The notes below the pieces were generated by a model. That model was not told the origin of the DNA and made no database searches. It saw only the letters and a program-made list of their open reading frames with translations. From Nymphaea colorata (lineage: Eukaryota): 64,000 nucleotides of DNA. Of this stretch, positions 47,442 through 62,005 are shown one piece after another (within the stretch, counting starts at the first letter, position 1; each line of letters starts with the position of its first letter). The position numbers and the translations under genes were made by a program. The DNA lies in NCBI RefSeq assembly GCF_008831285.2, contig NC_045138.2:12524001-12588000 (forward strand). Direction: 5' to 3'.

Positions 47442-50400
47442 TGTAGCCACTTCAAATTTTTTATTTGCCAAAATGACCATTTTACCCCTCTTGATGAAAA
47501 TTTTGTGTTGATTTCTTAAACATTTTTCAAATGCAAAGGCCTAAGATTACACAAACATGGATTTTATAGTCCAAATGTCAGGCAACTAAGACCAGACCAC
47601 CTAGCTTGCCACAAGTCAAAAAATGACCATTTTGTCCGTAAGCACCTTTCATTTTTCCCACATTTGACTGATTTTTCCTGAAATAGCTCTGGAACTCTTG
47701 AGAATTATGTTTTTGTCAAATTGATTATGAAAATTCTCATATTTTCAAATCACTAGAAGCTTCCACAACCCATTTCAGCTTGCATTTGGTCAAACTTAGC
47801 TTGAAATGACCTATTTCTATCATTTTTCAGCAATTTGTTTACATTAGAACATTTGCAGATCTCACCACCTTTATGTTCAAATCCTTTTCAGTATAAGCAG
47901 ACTATTTTAAGTGATACCCCTAATTCCAGGGCTCAATGTCCATCATAAACCTTCTATTTCCATTCATTACAGCTGAAATGAGCTGAACTTAGTGATTTAA
48001 ATGATTCCCAGCAATGACACCTTGCCAATTGTCACCAAACTCACATTATCCTAATTTGAGATCTAGAGTTTCGTCTTGACACCAAGGTCACTCTCGCTCC
48101 TTCATTTTGAGTCATCCTATGTTGAGCTAGCAACATGTTCTTCAGTATCATAACTGATTATCTTTAGCTCAGTTGAGATTAATTTGTTCGGAATCTATCC
48201 CATTTTTCATATCCATTCATTTTTCCTACATGTCTGGAGAGCACAGTGTTAGCTCAAACTTCTGAGTTGAAATTCTCACAATCTGTGGTTCAAATTTGTA
48301 TTTCTTTGCATCAATATGATCAGACATGCTTTCAAAGAGTATTATTAGCTTTAGTTTGGACCACACAATTTATCACTGGCTTTCTGAATCCAGAGATTGC
48401 TGCTTGTCGCTTCAAAGCTAAATTTTGATCAATCCAGGATTTTGATTTCGAATCTGATTTCACTAATAGATTCAACGTCACACAAATAGAGTACCAATGT
48501 GTTCATTTCTCAGAGATAAGATCAACTTCCCTGTTTTACATTTTACCTTTCACATTTCCATTTTTTAGCTTGGTCAATTTTGAAAATTTTGACTTTTCAA
48601 GGGCAAATCAAGTCATTTTTCCATGAAACTTTACATGAACACATATTTTGCGTTGTCTATGATTCTATAAAGTTTGATTCCCATCCTAACTCATGGACCC
48701 TGATTTCTATGCCAGGAGCAAAACTATCATTTGGAAAATGTGCATCATTTTCATGTTTTCTTAAGTTATGAGCCACATGAACCTAAGTTACATGTTTCAT
48801 ATGCTAGACCTAAGTCCAGTATGGCTCACGCAGGGTTTGAACCCATCTTGGATCCAACTCATATCCAAACAAAACTCAGTAAGCTCAATTTGACCTAAAA
48901 CTGAACCCAGTTTATGAGAATTTGGTCAGGGCCTGTGTCCAACCCAACGGAAACACAAAATCAGCTTAAACAACATCCTAGCATTGAGGTTGGACCCACT
49001 AAATGCAAGCTAAGCCCAAGTCCTCCACCTAGATCTCAGATCCTGATTTTGAACTCCAAAACCATAGTCCAGGTATATAATCAGCATCATTTTGTATCCA
49101 TAGTCACATTTGATATCCAAAATCATTTTTCTCAATTCAGAGCATGATCTAAACCTTTGATCTAAATCCAAAATCCAACTTCATACTCAAATTCATACCA
49201 AAATCCATGTCAAGCATACAATCTTCAATCCAATGCTCTAATTTGATCCAACTTGAATAGGATCGATCCTAGCCAACCATCTCAAGGTTAGGCAGGGTTT
49301 TTTTATAATTTTTAAAGAGGAATCCTCTAGAGTGCTGCCCCCAATTTGGGCCCCACTAGGTCCTTGTAAATTCAATTTAAATACTACATCATCAAATCAA
49401 TGTGGGCCCTTGACCATATCTTCAAGAATATCTCCACCTTGATATGTCTACCACATTAGCAATCGATGTTTTTCATTTTTTGAATTCTTGGTTGGCCATA
49501 TTTCACTAAAATCTCACCAAAACCATTATAGATAGGAGTGGGGGTCGTCCAACCGTCTCTTCCCCCTCTTTGTGCATGGTTTCCAAGGAAAGTCATATCC
49601 TTTCTTTCTTGTTTTATTAGTTTATTTTCTCACTTATGCTAAAATAAATTCCCTTCTTGGTGCATGGTCCCAAGGGTTTTCCAAGTGGTTTGGATGCCGA
49701 CCAGCAAGGAAGAAATTAAAATAAAAGACAAAAAGATTATAAGAAGAGACAAAGAAGAAAGGCAAGTTCCTCTCTCCCTCTTTGATTTCCATGCCTCTCT
49801 CTCTCTCTCTCATGAACTTTCTTCACGTAGGCATTCTTCTCCCTCTTCCATGCCCCTTTCTTCATTATTTTCCTTTTCTTTTTTATGTAGATCACCATGC
49901 TCATGCACATGCACATAGTTTATTGTTTTCATGCATACATACTTGATCATTATTATGTTGCTTGATTTTATTCATGCTTAGTTTGATTTGTGTACATAGA
50001 TGCTAGTTTATTTGCTTCATTTTGGATTTCAATATGCTTAATTGATTGATCCATGTCGTTAATCTCGTTACATTTGGGATTTTTTGTTAAAACTTAATTC
50101 AAGAGATGTAAAATTTTAAATTTAGTGAAAATCAGACTAACTATCATGAGACTAATTTTCACCTAATTTCAAAAGGCTATAACTTTTAAACCAAACTTAA
50201 AAAAAAAAACTGATTTTGTATATGCGTCTAGCAATTTTTATGCAGTTTTGCTGTGATTTGATCTCTATCAGACTGATTGCTAAAACTGATTTTTCTGTCT
50301 AATATTTCTTAAAATAGTAAGTCCTGAAATTTCTCTAGACTAATTAACTTAGTTTTATCAATCTAAAATCTAAATTGCGTTATGTAAAAGCTAAAAGTTT

Positions 50401-53331
50401 TTTGTGTGCCTCTAATTTTGTCACCTAAAATTTCATTCAATTCTATGTTGATTTGACCCCTCAATTTAATGTTTTACCCGAACATGTTTTCTATAAGTTT
50501 CTGCAGAACTCTAGAGAGAGCAACATTTCTACTTGACTTTGCACATGTATTATTTTATCTATGGTTGTTCTTTTTGAGTGCTTTCAAGTTCTATATTTCT
50601 CTATTATGTCGTAAGTCTATGCCCAAATTTTATGCCAAAACTGAGTTTTCTACCCTTTTAAATAGGATCACAAATTCAGATGTTTGCACAATTCAGTGCA
50701 AAAAGTAGTTTTTTAGCAACTTTGTCATTCTCTTATTTCAATGTTTGAATCTGTTTTTCAAATCTGATAACTTTTGTAGATTCTCGGGTACTTAGGGAAC
50801 CTATATGCCAAATTTTAGATCAAAATGAATTCTCTAGCTCTAATTTTTATTCATTTGAAATTCATGCAAAAACTGTCACAATGACTTGGTTTTTTCTGCA
50901 GAATTATTGTTTTTGGAGTTACTGAATTAATTTGTTGGATGCATAACTCTGTCATTTGGGGGTCTTGTGATTTAAAGTTTTGTAGATTCTCTTATATCAA
51001 AAGATTATTTGGAACAAATTTCACGTTAACGCATGCAGATTTGATATATTTTTTTTATGCAGACAATGTTTGTGATTTAAACAGTTTTTTTGATTTTCTG
51101 TTTTCTATAGAAAACTGTCTAGGTGGATCTTCAGAGAGCCCAAGCCTCTATCTTTTTGTATAAAAAACTTTTTTCAAAAATTTCAATTGTGATTGAACGC
51201 TTGATATACCGAGAGTGTCTATAACAAGTTTTGTGATTATCAAATATCATTACATTAACTTTTGCACTTGGGCAACATGAACTTTGAAGTTGTTTTACAG
51301 TTCTCTAGTACTTAGCCAAATTTCAAAATTCGTATGCAAGTTGTTTCTGTAGCAATTCGGCATATGACTAATTTTTTTATTTCTTACAATTTTTTGAATC
51401 TATCAAGTTCTTCTGATTCGCTGTTATGCAGAGAATCTACAATTTTTTAGTCAATCTAAGTTGTTTTGATGTGTTTTGAGACATACAGAAGTCATGACAA
51501 TAAAACTTTTCTACATAAAATATACTTTCTGCACTAATTTTCTTGCTTGATATCTTTGTGTAAAAAATATGTTTTCTGGATTCATCACTTGAAACATATT
51601 ATCAGATATGTGGAGATTATTCACCTAAACTTTCATGAAAATTCGAGATCATTTGCCTACTTTTTAAGATTAATCAAATTGATTTCCAAGAATAAGTTGT
51701 AGTTTTTCTTGGACTTGGCCAAATTTCTGTTTTCCACCTAGTTCGGAAATTTCACCCGATTTTTGGTTTCTAATGAATTATTTCTATTTTTCTTTGTGGT
51801 AAAATCCAAATTAACATAGTTAATTAAATGAATAATCATTTAAGGTTCTAGAATAGGTTCGTTTAATTAATTGCAATCATGCATCATTAAATATGCATCG
51901 TATTTCAAAACATTGCATTTGGATTTCAATAAATGAATTTAGGGTTAATTTCAACTTCAAAGCCATATCGTTTCAAAATATCATGTCATTCATGTACATA
52001 TATTTGCTTTATTTTACTTTATTATAGTGCTTGTTTGTGTGCACTCTATGGTTGCTTTCATAACCCGTTCATCTACTTTGAAAAATGCACATAGACTTAA
52101 GTTTCATATTAATCAAGCTAGGATCATCAACTATGTGCATGCGGAAATATCTTATGTATGTACTTGATGTAAGTTGATTATATGAAATGCAGTTTTCAAA
52201 ATCATAATTTCAAAACATATTTTCAAATTGGCCTATTTCAAGCTCATTTTTCTAAAAAACTAAATTCATTCATGATTGAGATCATTAGTTAATCCTAAAT
52301 AAAACCATAATCTTTTCTTAATATCTAACTAAGACTTGATATCGAGTCCACAAACATGTGTCTTCCTAATGTATGATAAAAACCTTAGTCAATTTAAACC
52401 TAAACCCTAGTTAGATCCTCAGTTTGGTCAAATCTAAACCCCAGTTAGGTTGGACGTCTGGACCTTGGAGGAATTGGATCTAGATCTAATCATATTAGAT
52501 TTAAATGTTGAATTTGAGATCAAATACAAGATCGAATTTGAATTTGACAAAGTTGATATGATTTGGACCAAAAAAATTGGATTATTCATCCCAAATCTTA
52601 TGAGAATTGGATTATAGATTTGGGCTTCATATCAACATTTTTGGATTTGGATAAATCCTTAAAAGTGGATCATTAAATTTCATTTTGGATTTGGATCATG
52701 ACTTTGAATTAAAGATCATTTATGAATTGAATCAACCCTCAGTTAGGGTTCAAACTTAAACACATTGTAAAATGACCCCAAGTCCAAAGCATATATTTGG
52801 ATCAATCATTGAATGTTTGGATCATCCTTAATCAATGAATTCAGAATTGAGCCTTGAATCAAAACCTATCTAGGCGCACAACTTATGTATAGAAGTCAAA
52901 TCTCAAGTATGTATTGAATCTAGTTTTGTGTGTACTTATATTAGATCTAGGAATTAACCCTTGCACAGATTTATGATGATATAGATAATAAACTATGTTA
53001 CTCGTTCAAGTATTTTCAGTTCATGCTATCTAATTTCCAATGATTCACTTATCTTTCTAAAATCCTCCCATTTCAAAATTCAGGACTCTCTCTTTGCGTT
53101 TAGGTTTGATGACAATCACATTTTATGACCTTAGTACTTAATCTAAACATTGATCTGATTACTCTTGTTAAAAGGGCTAGGAATAGTCAGATCTTGTATC
53201 GATGAGTCGAGTCCTATCTCTCGTGGATTCTTGCAATGAGAATATGGTGGTGATTTAATACTTAATCTTTTCTTTTCATCACATATGAATGGTCATGATA
53301 TGCAAAATTGTATTATTTTGCATGGTCAACA
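47442..53331 (+). mobile_element. 5.9-kb solo LTR B (Ogre/Tat-like Gypsy), nested in CACTA 2
   Basis: TGTAGCCAC...GGTCAACA termini, perfect TSD CATAA (47437-47441, 53332-53336), no coding motifs seen, homologous to element A. Confidence 0.88.
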
Positions 53332-56300
53332 CATAAAAAGGTGGTGTAAAGGGTAAAAAGTTGATACATGCCTTTTAGAAGCCCACCATCAAAATTTAAT
53401 TTGAATCCACTCTCTCAATGTACTTGTTGAGTTTTGAAATATCCCCAGTACTTTATTTAAGTCGGTAAATAGCAACCATGACAAGATTGAGTGTGTGGCC
53501 ACAGACAAGTGTCCATACAACATATTTACTTTGCCTTAGGAGTTGTCAAAAATTTAGTGTTCACATGCAGAAAGTCGAAACATAAGGCTGGAGATAGCAA
53601 AAACATTAGAAACAAATTCATAGATCATGTAGAGAAGAGAAAGAAAATGACAAAACATGCCTAGAAAGCAAAATCACCAAGTAAAATAATAAGTTACGTC
53701 GAGGCTTGGAGTTAATCTACAACCATGGATTATGTAGAACAATGCCATTGCCACATAGCACTAAAACATTGTTGATAGTCAGCTTATGTAGGCTTTCCCC
53801 ATGTCAAAGACCCAATTGTACCTGTAGTGGTTGCATGTTCATTTCTAGTAGATGATGAACTGGTGTATTTTGTTATTATATTTTGCACCCGTCAAACAAA
53901 CATTGTATAGCAATTCAATTTTTATTTGAGCTTCAAGATCACATTTTGTGTAATGATCTGACATCATTGCTTAATGAAAATATAAGAAGTTCTAAAAATA
54001 AATCAGCATGTTGAAGGATGTAGCCACTTAACAATGACAATGAAATGATGATAAAATGTGAAAAACCAGCTGTCAACATGCTTTCAAATCTAAGATTTCA
54101 AATCTAGAGGCACCATTTCTCCAAACATAGATTTATTCACCATAAATGCTATTCGAATTTGAAGTGCAAAAAATCATGAACATTGAAGATTCCACCATGA
54201 AACAATTAAAAGTACAGCTAGTACAAACATGAAAAAATAAGTATCGTCAATTGCATTGCCTGACGCAGCAGCCATGCATTAAAAGCAACAAGTTATTCTT
54301 CATCAAATCCACTCAATACGTAGCTGCAAATTTGTGGCATGATCGGAAAATATCCAATTACAGCATCGTTGTGCATTACATTAATCAAAGGCACTAGCAT
54401 AAACAAGTGCCCATGCGAACCAGAAAAGAGGAATAAATGTAACCACTAAATCAACTTCCTTTCAATATCTCTATTTCCTTCTTTTGTGTAACCATTAACA
54501 TCAAACATCATGACAGGACTTGTTTTTTTCTTTTTTATGGCAAAGCATATAAAGTAGAAACTGCTCAAGAACGTGGAATTCTAGAATGAACAATTGAAAG
54601 TGGTGGCTTCAAAAAACTTGAGAAGCAACTGGAACTTGTCAATTTCACACTTCACATGAGTCGTAATGCCCATCATTTTAGCTGGGTGTATAACAACCCT
54701 ATAGATTGCTTTCATTAGGAAGTAAATAGGTTTTTATCATACAATTCCAAAAGCAAGACTTAATACTAAGGGTGCTAAACCACAAGTTTCTCTGAACGAG
54801 ACATATTTGATCCCTATGGAGAAATGAAATTTGCAAGAGTACTAGCTAAGTGATATTACATAGAGGCTAGACATATTTGTTGTTTCATAAAGATCCTCCT
54901 CTTATATGTTACTTTTTCTGCAAATATATCATTATCTAAAGCCTTATTCTACTTCATCAAGGTGCATGATCTCGACATGGGCATCACAATGGTAAGCATT
55001 TTGGTAGATCATCAACCTCATTTGCTCTATCATTCAACTCATGATTCCTTGTTTAAACTCTGAAGAGCATATGCTTCTATACCAAAAAATAAATAGTAAT
55101 ATTTTAATATTGTCATTTACAACATACATGTAATCATTAAGAAATAAGAAAATGCATTCCCTAGATTGTAGCTCACATTTCATGCAGCAGAATCCATTTA
55201 TCACCCTACATATGTGAAGTTTATAAACTTTTACATAAACTTATAATTGCAAAAATGACCTGAGTTTGTAAATTTGTCTATCAAAATGAAAATTTTCAAG
55301 GTGGACCAACTATACTCAAGTATCAGTTTAATGGGCCCATTTACCTAAATGGTTATTGCTTTTGATTACTCAGCCACATCTGTTAGCCTAGATTTTATGT
55401 AAAGAACAGGGGACAAATCTAATAATAGGGAGGCTGGTAGAAGGACCTTTCTAGAAGTCCACTCGATAGTTGCAAAGAAATTGGCTGCTAATAAACTGAA
55501 GATACATATGGTTATCATGCACCAATTCGTATATCAAGTGAAAGAAGTATGCGTCTCACTTTTAGTCATGTACACGTCTGAAATGTTGTCTCATGTACAT
55601 GGTGTGATTAAATTTTTCATCAAGCATTTAAAATACCTAATAAACTCTTATATATTGTTCCAGAAAAGGACTATTGCATATGATGACAATTTTATAAACC
55701 AATCAGACAAAATTGAGTTACATATATGAGTGTATTCTAGGACGCTTAATCACCAATTCCTTTGTTCCACAGATCATAAATACCACGTTATGCAAAATTG
55801 TCATCACAATAAAGCCTATGGAAATGTGGATTGCACAAAATAGTTAATAGTCCTACTTATAGAAAATGTTGATATGCATTGGAGATATACTCTTGCATAC
55901 TAAATAAGGGCTCCAAGAAATTTATCTAGATGAGTGGACTGCTTCAGAAGATTTATATTTGAAAAACATAGCAACTATAGCATAAGCAATTCATAAGACT
56001 TCAGTACACTTAATTAATGTCATACTATGGTTCAAGCTTCTACCTACAAAAAACTTGTGATATATCTAGACCACAAACTGTTGTAGTTCATCTCATATAA
56101 ACTAATTGACAAATGATGGGGATGTATTTAACATCTTGTAACTAATGCAGAGAAAAGAAGGATATACGTTTTGTGCATAAAACTTGCAATGCTTAGCTTC
56201 TCAATGAGTCCATCCTAGGGATAAATGAAGTTTTTTAGCTATAGTGGCCACTGCACTTCTGGAGTTTGTTATGTTTTACCCACATAATTTTGATACATGC

Positions 56301-58309
56301 ATAAACTGCCACATTTCAATGCTAATCAACATGACATTCAAGCACATTTGAATTACATGATTTTGATGAAGAACAATGATCATGTATATGGAAATAATTC
56401 TTAAATGCCCCTTTGTGGTGTCCGTGTGCATAGTAGAAATCTTCAAAATAGTCAAATCCTGTCCTCATGCTTTCTTGGATCAAGTTTGCAGACATGCAAC
56501 TGATATACAAAAACAAAACCTAAGCAGAAAAAAGGATTTACATATGATTTCCTTAAACATAAAATACAACATAGAAACCATTTTCAGTGCTATTGGCAGA
56601 GAATACGATATATTGGATGAGATGAAGTTATCATTCCCTTATAATTTGATATTGAAAGAAAAGAAATGAAAAATATGGAGAAGTGGTGCAAAAGAATAAT
56701 AACAGGAAGTTGTGTAAACATAATGGTTGAAACAAAGAGGATTAATAGCTTAAAAATAGACTGTCGTGCATCTAGACAACATTTTTACTAAATGCACAAA
56801 ATGGATTATTGTAATGCTTGTCACTCAAGTAGCATCAATATTGTATTTTTTAATGTCATTTGCAGCATAAATGGATTTTTTTATCAAAATCCATAACAAT
56901 CTTGTTCACTAACACATGATTATGTTTTCATTGCACATACATCGTACACTGAAGCAAATTTTGAAACAACAAGAAATATCGTCCTATAATAATTCAATAC
57001 TAGGTGCATGTGCCCATATTTGCACTATGCATTATTAATCTCGCATGCATCAGCCACCAAATTAGCTCAGTTCATTGAGATGATGACCATAATAGAACTA
57101 GAACAAAGCTAAGGCTCGAGCCCACAATACTACAAGTTTCGTGCAACTTTCAACATTGAAGGACCTCAGATTGAACTCTCAAACCAACTATTTTGTTGAG
57201 GCTGTGAGCATAGATAATGAATCAATTAAGTTAATGAAGAAACCAACTTCATTGAGTTAACGATTCTGATATAAATTGAGCAGCTAATGAACCAAGATAA
57301 ACATGTGGTCTTCGTGCTCTATTCTCCTACCTAAGTGAGTCAGCTCAAGTACATGTGGTTAAGTTATTGGATTGAGCTAAAAGTGGGAGAAGAAATGAGT
57401 CAGGCATTGATGTACTCAGTTCAATTTTTGGACCCTACCTCAAGCTTTGCTTTGATCTAATGAGCAAAGCACCAACACAAGACTTCTTCCAAGTGTGTTA
57501 CACATCTAATGTGATAGTGACAAGTAAAAATGAGCTCCAACAATTGAATAATTCCATTACTATGAAGACATTAGAGCAGGAGAGTAGCTTAGTCATCAGT
57601 CAAAGCAAAAAATGTACCAATTTTACTAAAAAAAAGAAAAGAAATTTTTCTAGGATTCTCACTAAAAACAGTTTTATCGTCTCAAATGAGAAGCAAAAAG
57701 CCTAACGGCTCTACGATTACTTGAACTTGCAGAAGGCAAACTGATAGTTGAAAGCAAATCTTCATGACAACATGAACATAACATGAAACATAAATTAACT
57801 TTAGCAAAAAAATGAGGTTTTCATGTAAAAACCCAATAATTAGTTGAAAGCTAGTGAAATTATAAGCACAACTTTGGTTTCCCCTTGAGCTTGTGGAAGT
57901 ATGATACAGATCTCACTCGCACATTTTAAACATAAAAAAATCGAATCTCAAAGTTCAAAATAAGAGTTTAAAAACAATAAAAAAACATGCAATGAAGAGA
58001 TATAAAGATATTTAGTGACAACAAGAGCATGGACCCCTAGATTGGCAAAGATAGCCCTGCTAGGAAAGATGCAAGCAAGAGAAGTGCTCATGTAGAACAA
58101 AAGGCAATGCTATAATTTGACTGAGTCGTTATTAACAGGATCTTGGTCCTTCTGCCCAAGTTTTGATAGGAGAGAGACCCAAAACATTGTTTCTCCCCTT
58201 GTTTTGGTATCTGTCCTTCAACTTGCAAGGGTCTTAGCTTTTATCATGCAGATTTCAAACATGATCAAAGTGATTTTGATCAGGCAAGATGAGATCAAGA
58301 TTGACAGAG

Positions 58310-58310
<1 letters not shown>

Positions 58311-58371
<61 letters not shown>
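58311..58371. repeat. (GA)n microsatellite
   Basis: Read directly. A similar tract lies at ~1517-1560. Confidence 0.95.
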
Positions 58372-58374
<3 letters not shown>

Positions 58375-58714
58375 CAAGATCAAGAGAGGAGGAGGGGTCA
58401 AGATTGAGAGAAGAGGAAGAGGACAGATGATCAACCGATCGAGATTGAGAGGGAGAGGGAAGAAAAGAGAAGGCAGGGGAAGAGACAGAAGTTGAGAAGG
58501 GCTAAAACTGGGGACCAATGATAGATTAAAAAAATTTCATATGCTTGGACCTTATAGGTGTGCGCAAGACTTAGGAACTGTTCCCCTAACCAGTGTTGGG
58601 AACCCATTCCTAAATCCATTAATCGTTGTAGTGGTTGTTTAAGCATTTTATATGATTTGCTTTAATCTTATCAAGTGGCAAGGCAATCATTGCAATTTTG
58701 GACTGCCTTTGTAT

Positions 58715-58833
58715 GTGGAAGCAAAGCCTCTGATTTTGAGGTAGAAGATGAGTCCCAAAATGCAATGATGGACGTAATTGCAAAGCATGGAATAAAGAAG
58801 CTTGTCATGGATGCATCTAGTAGATCTTGCTAG
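58715..58833 (+). pseudogene. Isolated exon fragment resembling the USP-like domain of PUB33-type U-box kinases
   Basis: VEAKPLI, a frameshift, then EVEDESQNAMMDVIAKHGIKKLVMDASS, compared with the family pattern V.AEKL.I...D....I.ELI..HGIKKLVMGA. The acceptor appears mutated (tttgtat). Confidence 0.65.
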
Positions 58834-61669
58834 AAGCAAAAGGCTGGAACACTTTACTGCAGGTGATAGGCTGAAGGAAACAGAATCCCTCTATGCTCAA
58901 GGACATGTTATATATACTCTATCTTCAAAGAGTCTTCATATACCATAGAAACAACAAGCTTACTCAAATCTTGCGGATTTCACTGGGTATCTTTTGTATA
59001 TGCATCAGTTGACCACATCATGTTTGACATCACATATACTCATTAGCATTTTCTTTGAACTAATGTTAGATAAGTCTATTCATTTTAAGGTTGTAAGATT
59101 TTATTTTTTCTCTCTTTGATACGTAGAACAAGTTTCTTTCTATTACTTTTCTTTTGCTTCATAGATTGTTCTTGTTCCTATTTTTTCTATACAGCCCAAC
59201 AGATCTGATTTAACTCATACGATTGTTGCACAAAAAGAATAATTATCAGGTACCTCCAGTTGTAGAATATAAGACTTATTAGCTTTTTTATCCTTCTTAT
59301 TTGTAGTAACAATTTCTTAATCTCCTACTCTTACTTGTGTGTAAGAAATAGCTAATGAAAATTATTTTGAACTAAAATACTTTACATGATAATATTTTTC
59401 CTATGCTTGAAACACCATCTTTGGGATCTTCATATTGGTGAATCACATTGAGAATTCTAGAAACTGTTTCATAAGGCTAGTTTTCTTACTTACAAATGAC
59501 AAAAGCTTTAGTAGCTTCAGGAAGCATACTTTTGTCCTATGTACTACAAGTAAATGTTTGTGTTGAAATGCTTTCTAAATTATTATGTAGTTTACTATTA
59601 AACCATATAAATGTTATGGTAATCTAGTACTTAAGGATTTCAACATAGAAGATGCAACCAATGAATTAGGTGAGCCTTCAATTTTTTATTTCTTTACTTT
59701 CTTGATTTTGAATATTTCATGCCTTTTGTTTTTGAGTTATCAAGTTAAATTTCTTCCCTTTAGCTGGCGATCATAATGGAACCATTTTCTAGTGACTTCA
59801 TGTTTCATTCTCATTAGGCATTGTTTTTACATTCTAAGAAATTTATCGAATTGAAAGTATGCCATCTATTTTGAATTGCAGATTTTACTAATTGTGTAAA
59901 AATTCATCGTGCCTTTTGGCATAATTCAACAAGAAGTTGTATAATTTATCATCTTTCCATGGCATATTTATTTGGGTCATTTAAGGATGATCACATTGAT
60001 ATAGTTAGGCAACTTTTATTACTTCAGCATGTTTCTCAAAATTCTTCTTCATATTGATCTTTTCCATTCATATGACTTCAAAATGTTGTTGATAGCTGAA
60101 AAAGTTGTTCTTATAGTTCTTCTTCATAACAATGTTTGTGGAAATATGCTTTCGTTGTTGTCATTTGCTTCAAAAGCAATTTTTATCTTGTAATGGTTTC
60201 ATGTTTGATTTCTTCTGTTACATTATTTGCTGGTTTGCTTTCATGATGAGCTTGGTGATGTGATTGTCTACTTGAGTTTCTCCTCAGATTTGTTGCTTGC
60301 TTGTTTTTCTTTCTTTATGTTTGAAGTACTTGTTGGTGCTGCTAAATATGCATGACTAAGTCTATTTTCTTGAATTCTTTTCTTAAATGGTGTGAAAATT
60401 GTGACTTGTCAATCAGTGGATGTTGTTTAGAAATTTTTTAAATGAAGAAGCACAAACTCAAGAAATGATTCAGAAATATTACTCAATGTGATGAAAACCC
60501 TTAGTAACCATTGTATTTGTTCGCTTCAACCTTCCAAGTGCACCTGATGTGGTCTATGAAAGCTCAAAGCTTTAAAACAAAATTGTTTTTGTGGATGATA
60601 TTTACATCCATAGAAGGTCTATGATGCTGCTCAATCTTTTATACAAATTCTTCTTGTTCTGCATTCCACATCGAGGCAACCAACTTTTTGTAGATTGGTT
60701 GTGGTTAAGACATGTCAACTTGATTCAGCCAAAATTCCTTATCTAATTATCATCTTAGGTACTTAGTTCCACCCCGTCGGTCGTATAAAGGGTTACTTCA
60801 ATGTAATTGATTTGGTTGGGTTATGTAACAAGAGCTATTAGCATGATGCTTTGGTCCATAAGATGTGTGAGGCCAAAGTTGCAAGCCATGAGTAGATGCT
60901 TTCGAGCTGCTTTCATTGTAGTTGCTTCTTGTTCTTATCAGTGAATCACAACATAAATTAGTATTTCTTTTATAGATTTACTGCTCTCTCTCTATATTTT
61001 TCATATTTTTAAATTTTAACCTTGTTGAATATCTATTTTGAAGTATTTAACAGCACTTTTTCCCAAGTAGGTACGTACATTTACTGACATGGAAGAAGAG
61101 GAGGCTTTTGACCATTCATTTCTTCATTTCAGCTTGATCTGATTTCCAGGTTCTCTTTGTTGTGGAGGTTGGAGATAATTTTGCTTATATTGTCTCTAAA
61201 ATTTGTGCTCATATTGTACACTATCATTTTGCTGACAATATGGAACACTGTTCAGAGGCTCATCTTTTGTCCTTGGTGAATTAAGTTTTTTTTTTTAATG
61301 AATTTTAGAGGTACTCTAAGTCTAAATGTAGATTAGGGGGCTTCTACATCTTACAATAACTTGATATTTTCAAAGCACTAATGAACTTCTATTCAGCAAG
61401 GCCTGAGAGGTCATGATTTATCATATTTATGTGCAGCCTGTTGCAGCTGGTGGAGTAGCGGATAAGGATTTATTTGTATACTTAATAATTTTGGATGAAA
61501 AGAACAATTAGCCCTTTAAAGAGGTTGCTTATGCACTTCTTGTAAACTCGATATCATATGTAATTTGGTTCAGTTTGTAGCAGGTCAGCACTGGTATTAA
61601 ACATGTGTAATTTTAACTTATGTAAAAACATTATTTGGGATAATGAATATTAATTTTTTTATAATTATG

Positions 61670-61682
61670 CTCTCTCTCTCTA

Positions 61683-61740
<58 letters not shown>

Positions 61741-61838
61741 TGCCTAATATAAAATTATATACAGAAAGAAAGATGCCAAAATTTTATATATATACATATG
61801 CCTAATATATATATATATATATATATACAGACACACAT
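61670..61838. repeat. Compound (CT)n(TA)n(CA)n microsatellite region
   Basis: Read directly. Confidence 0.9.
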
Positions 61839-62005
61839 GCATAGGCTCAATTTTAATGGTTTTCCTTGTTTTTAGCAATAGTTTTAGCCATCACTAACAA
61901 TATGTTTTCTTGTTGTGATGTACATCTAACAAATTGTTGAAAATGTGTTAGCTTATTGGTAGTTATTGAAAATAAGTAGTTAATGAAAATAATTGTGTTG
62001 TGTAG

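Larger units (their letters stand above)
46340..58633. mobile_element. Non-autonomous CACTA element 2 (about 6.4 kb without the nested solo LTR)
   Basis: Termini CACAACAACAA (one mismatch to CACTA) and TCGTTGTAGTG, perfect 3-bp TSD GTT, subterminal TTCCTAA/TAGGAA repeats at both ends. No transposase recognised. Confidence 0.85.

Noticed and set aside
57062..57125. Second SINE-like head (TAGCTCAGTT...GGCTCGAGCCC)
   Set aside because: Both boxes are degenerate and there is no tail or TSD.
61838..61860. CIGSI as the missing Harbinger CIGAIDGTH motif
   Set aside because: Only five codons next to a microsatellite, and the downstream motifs are absent.
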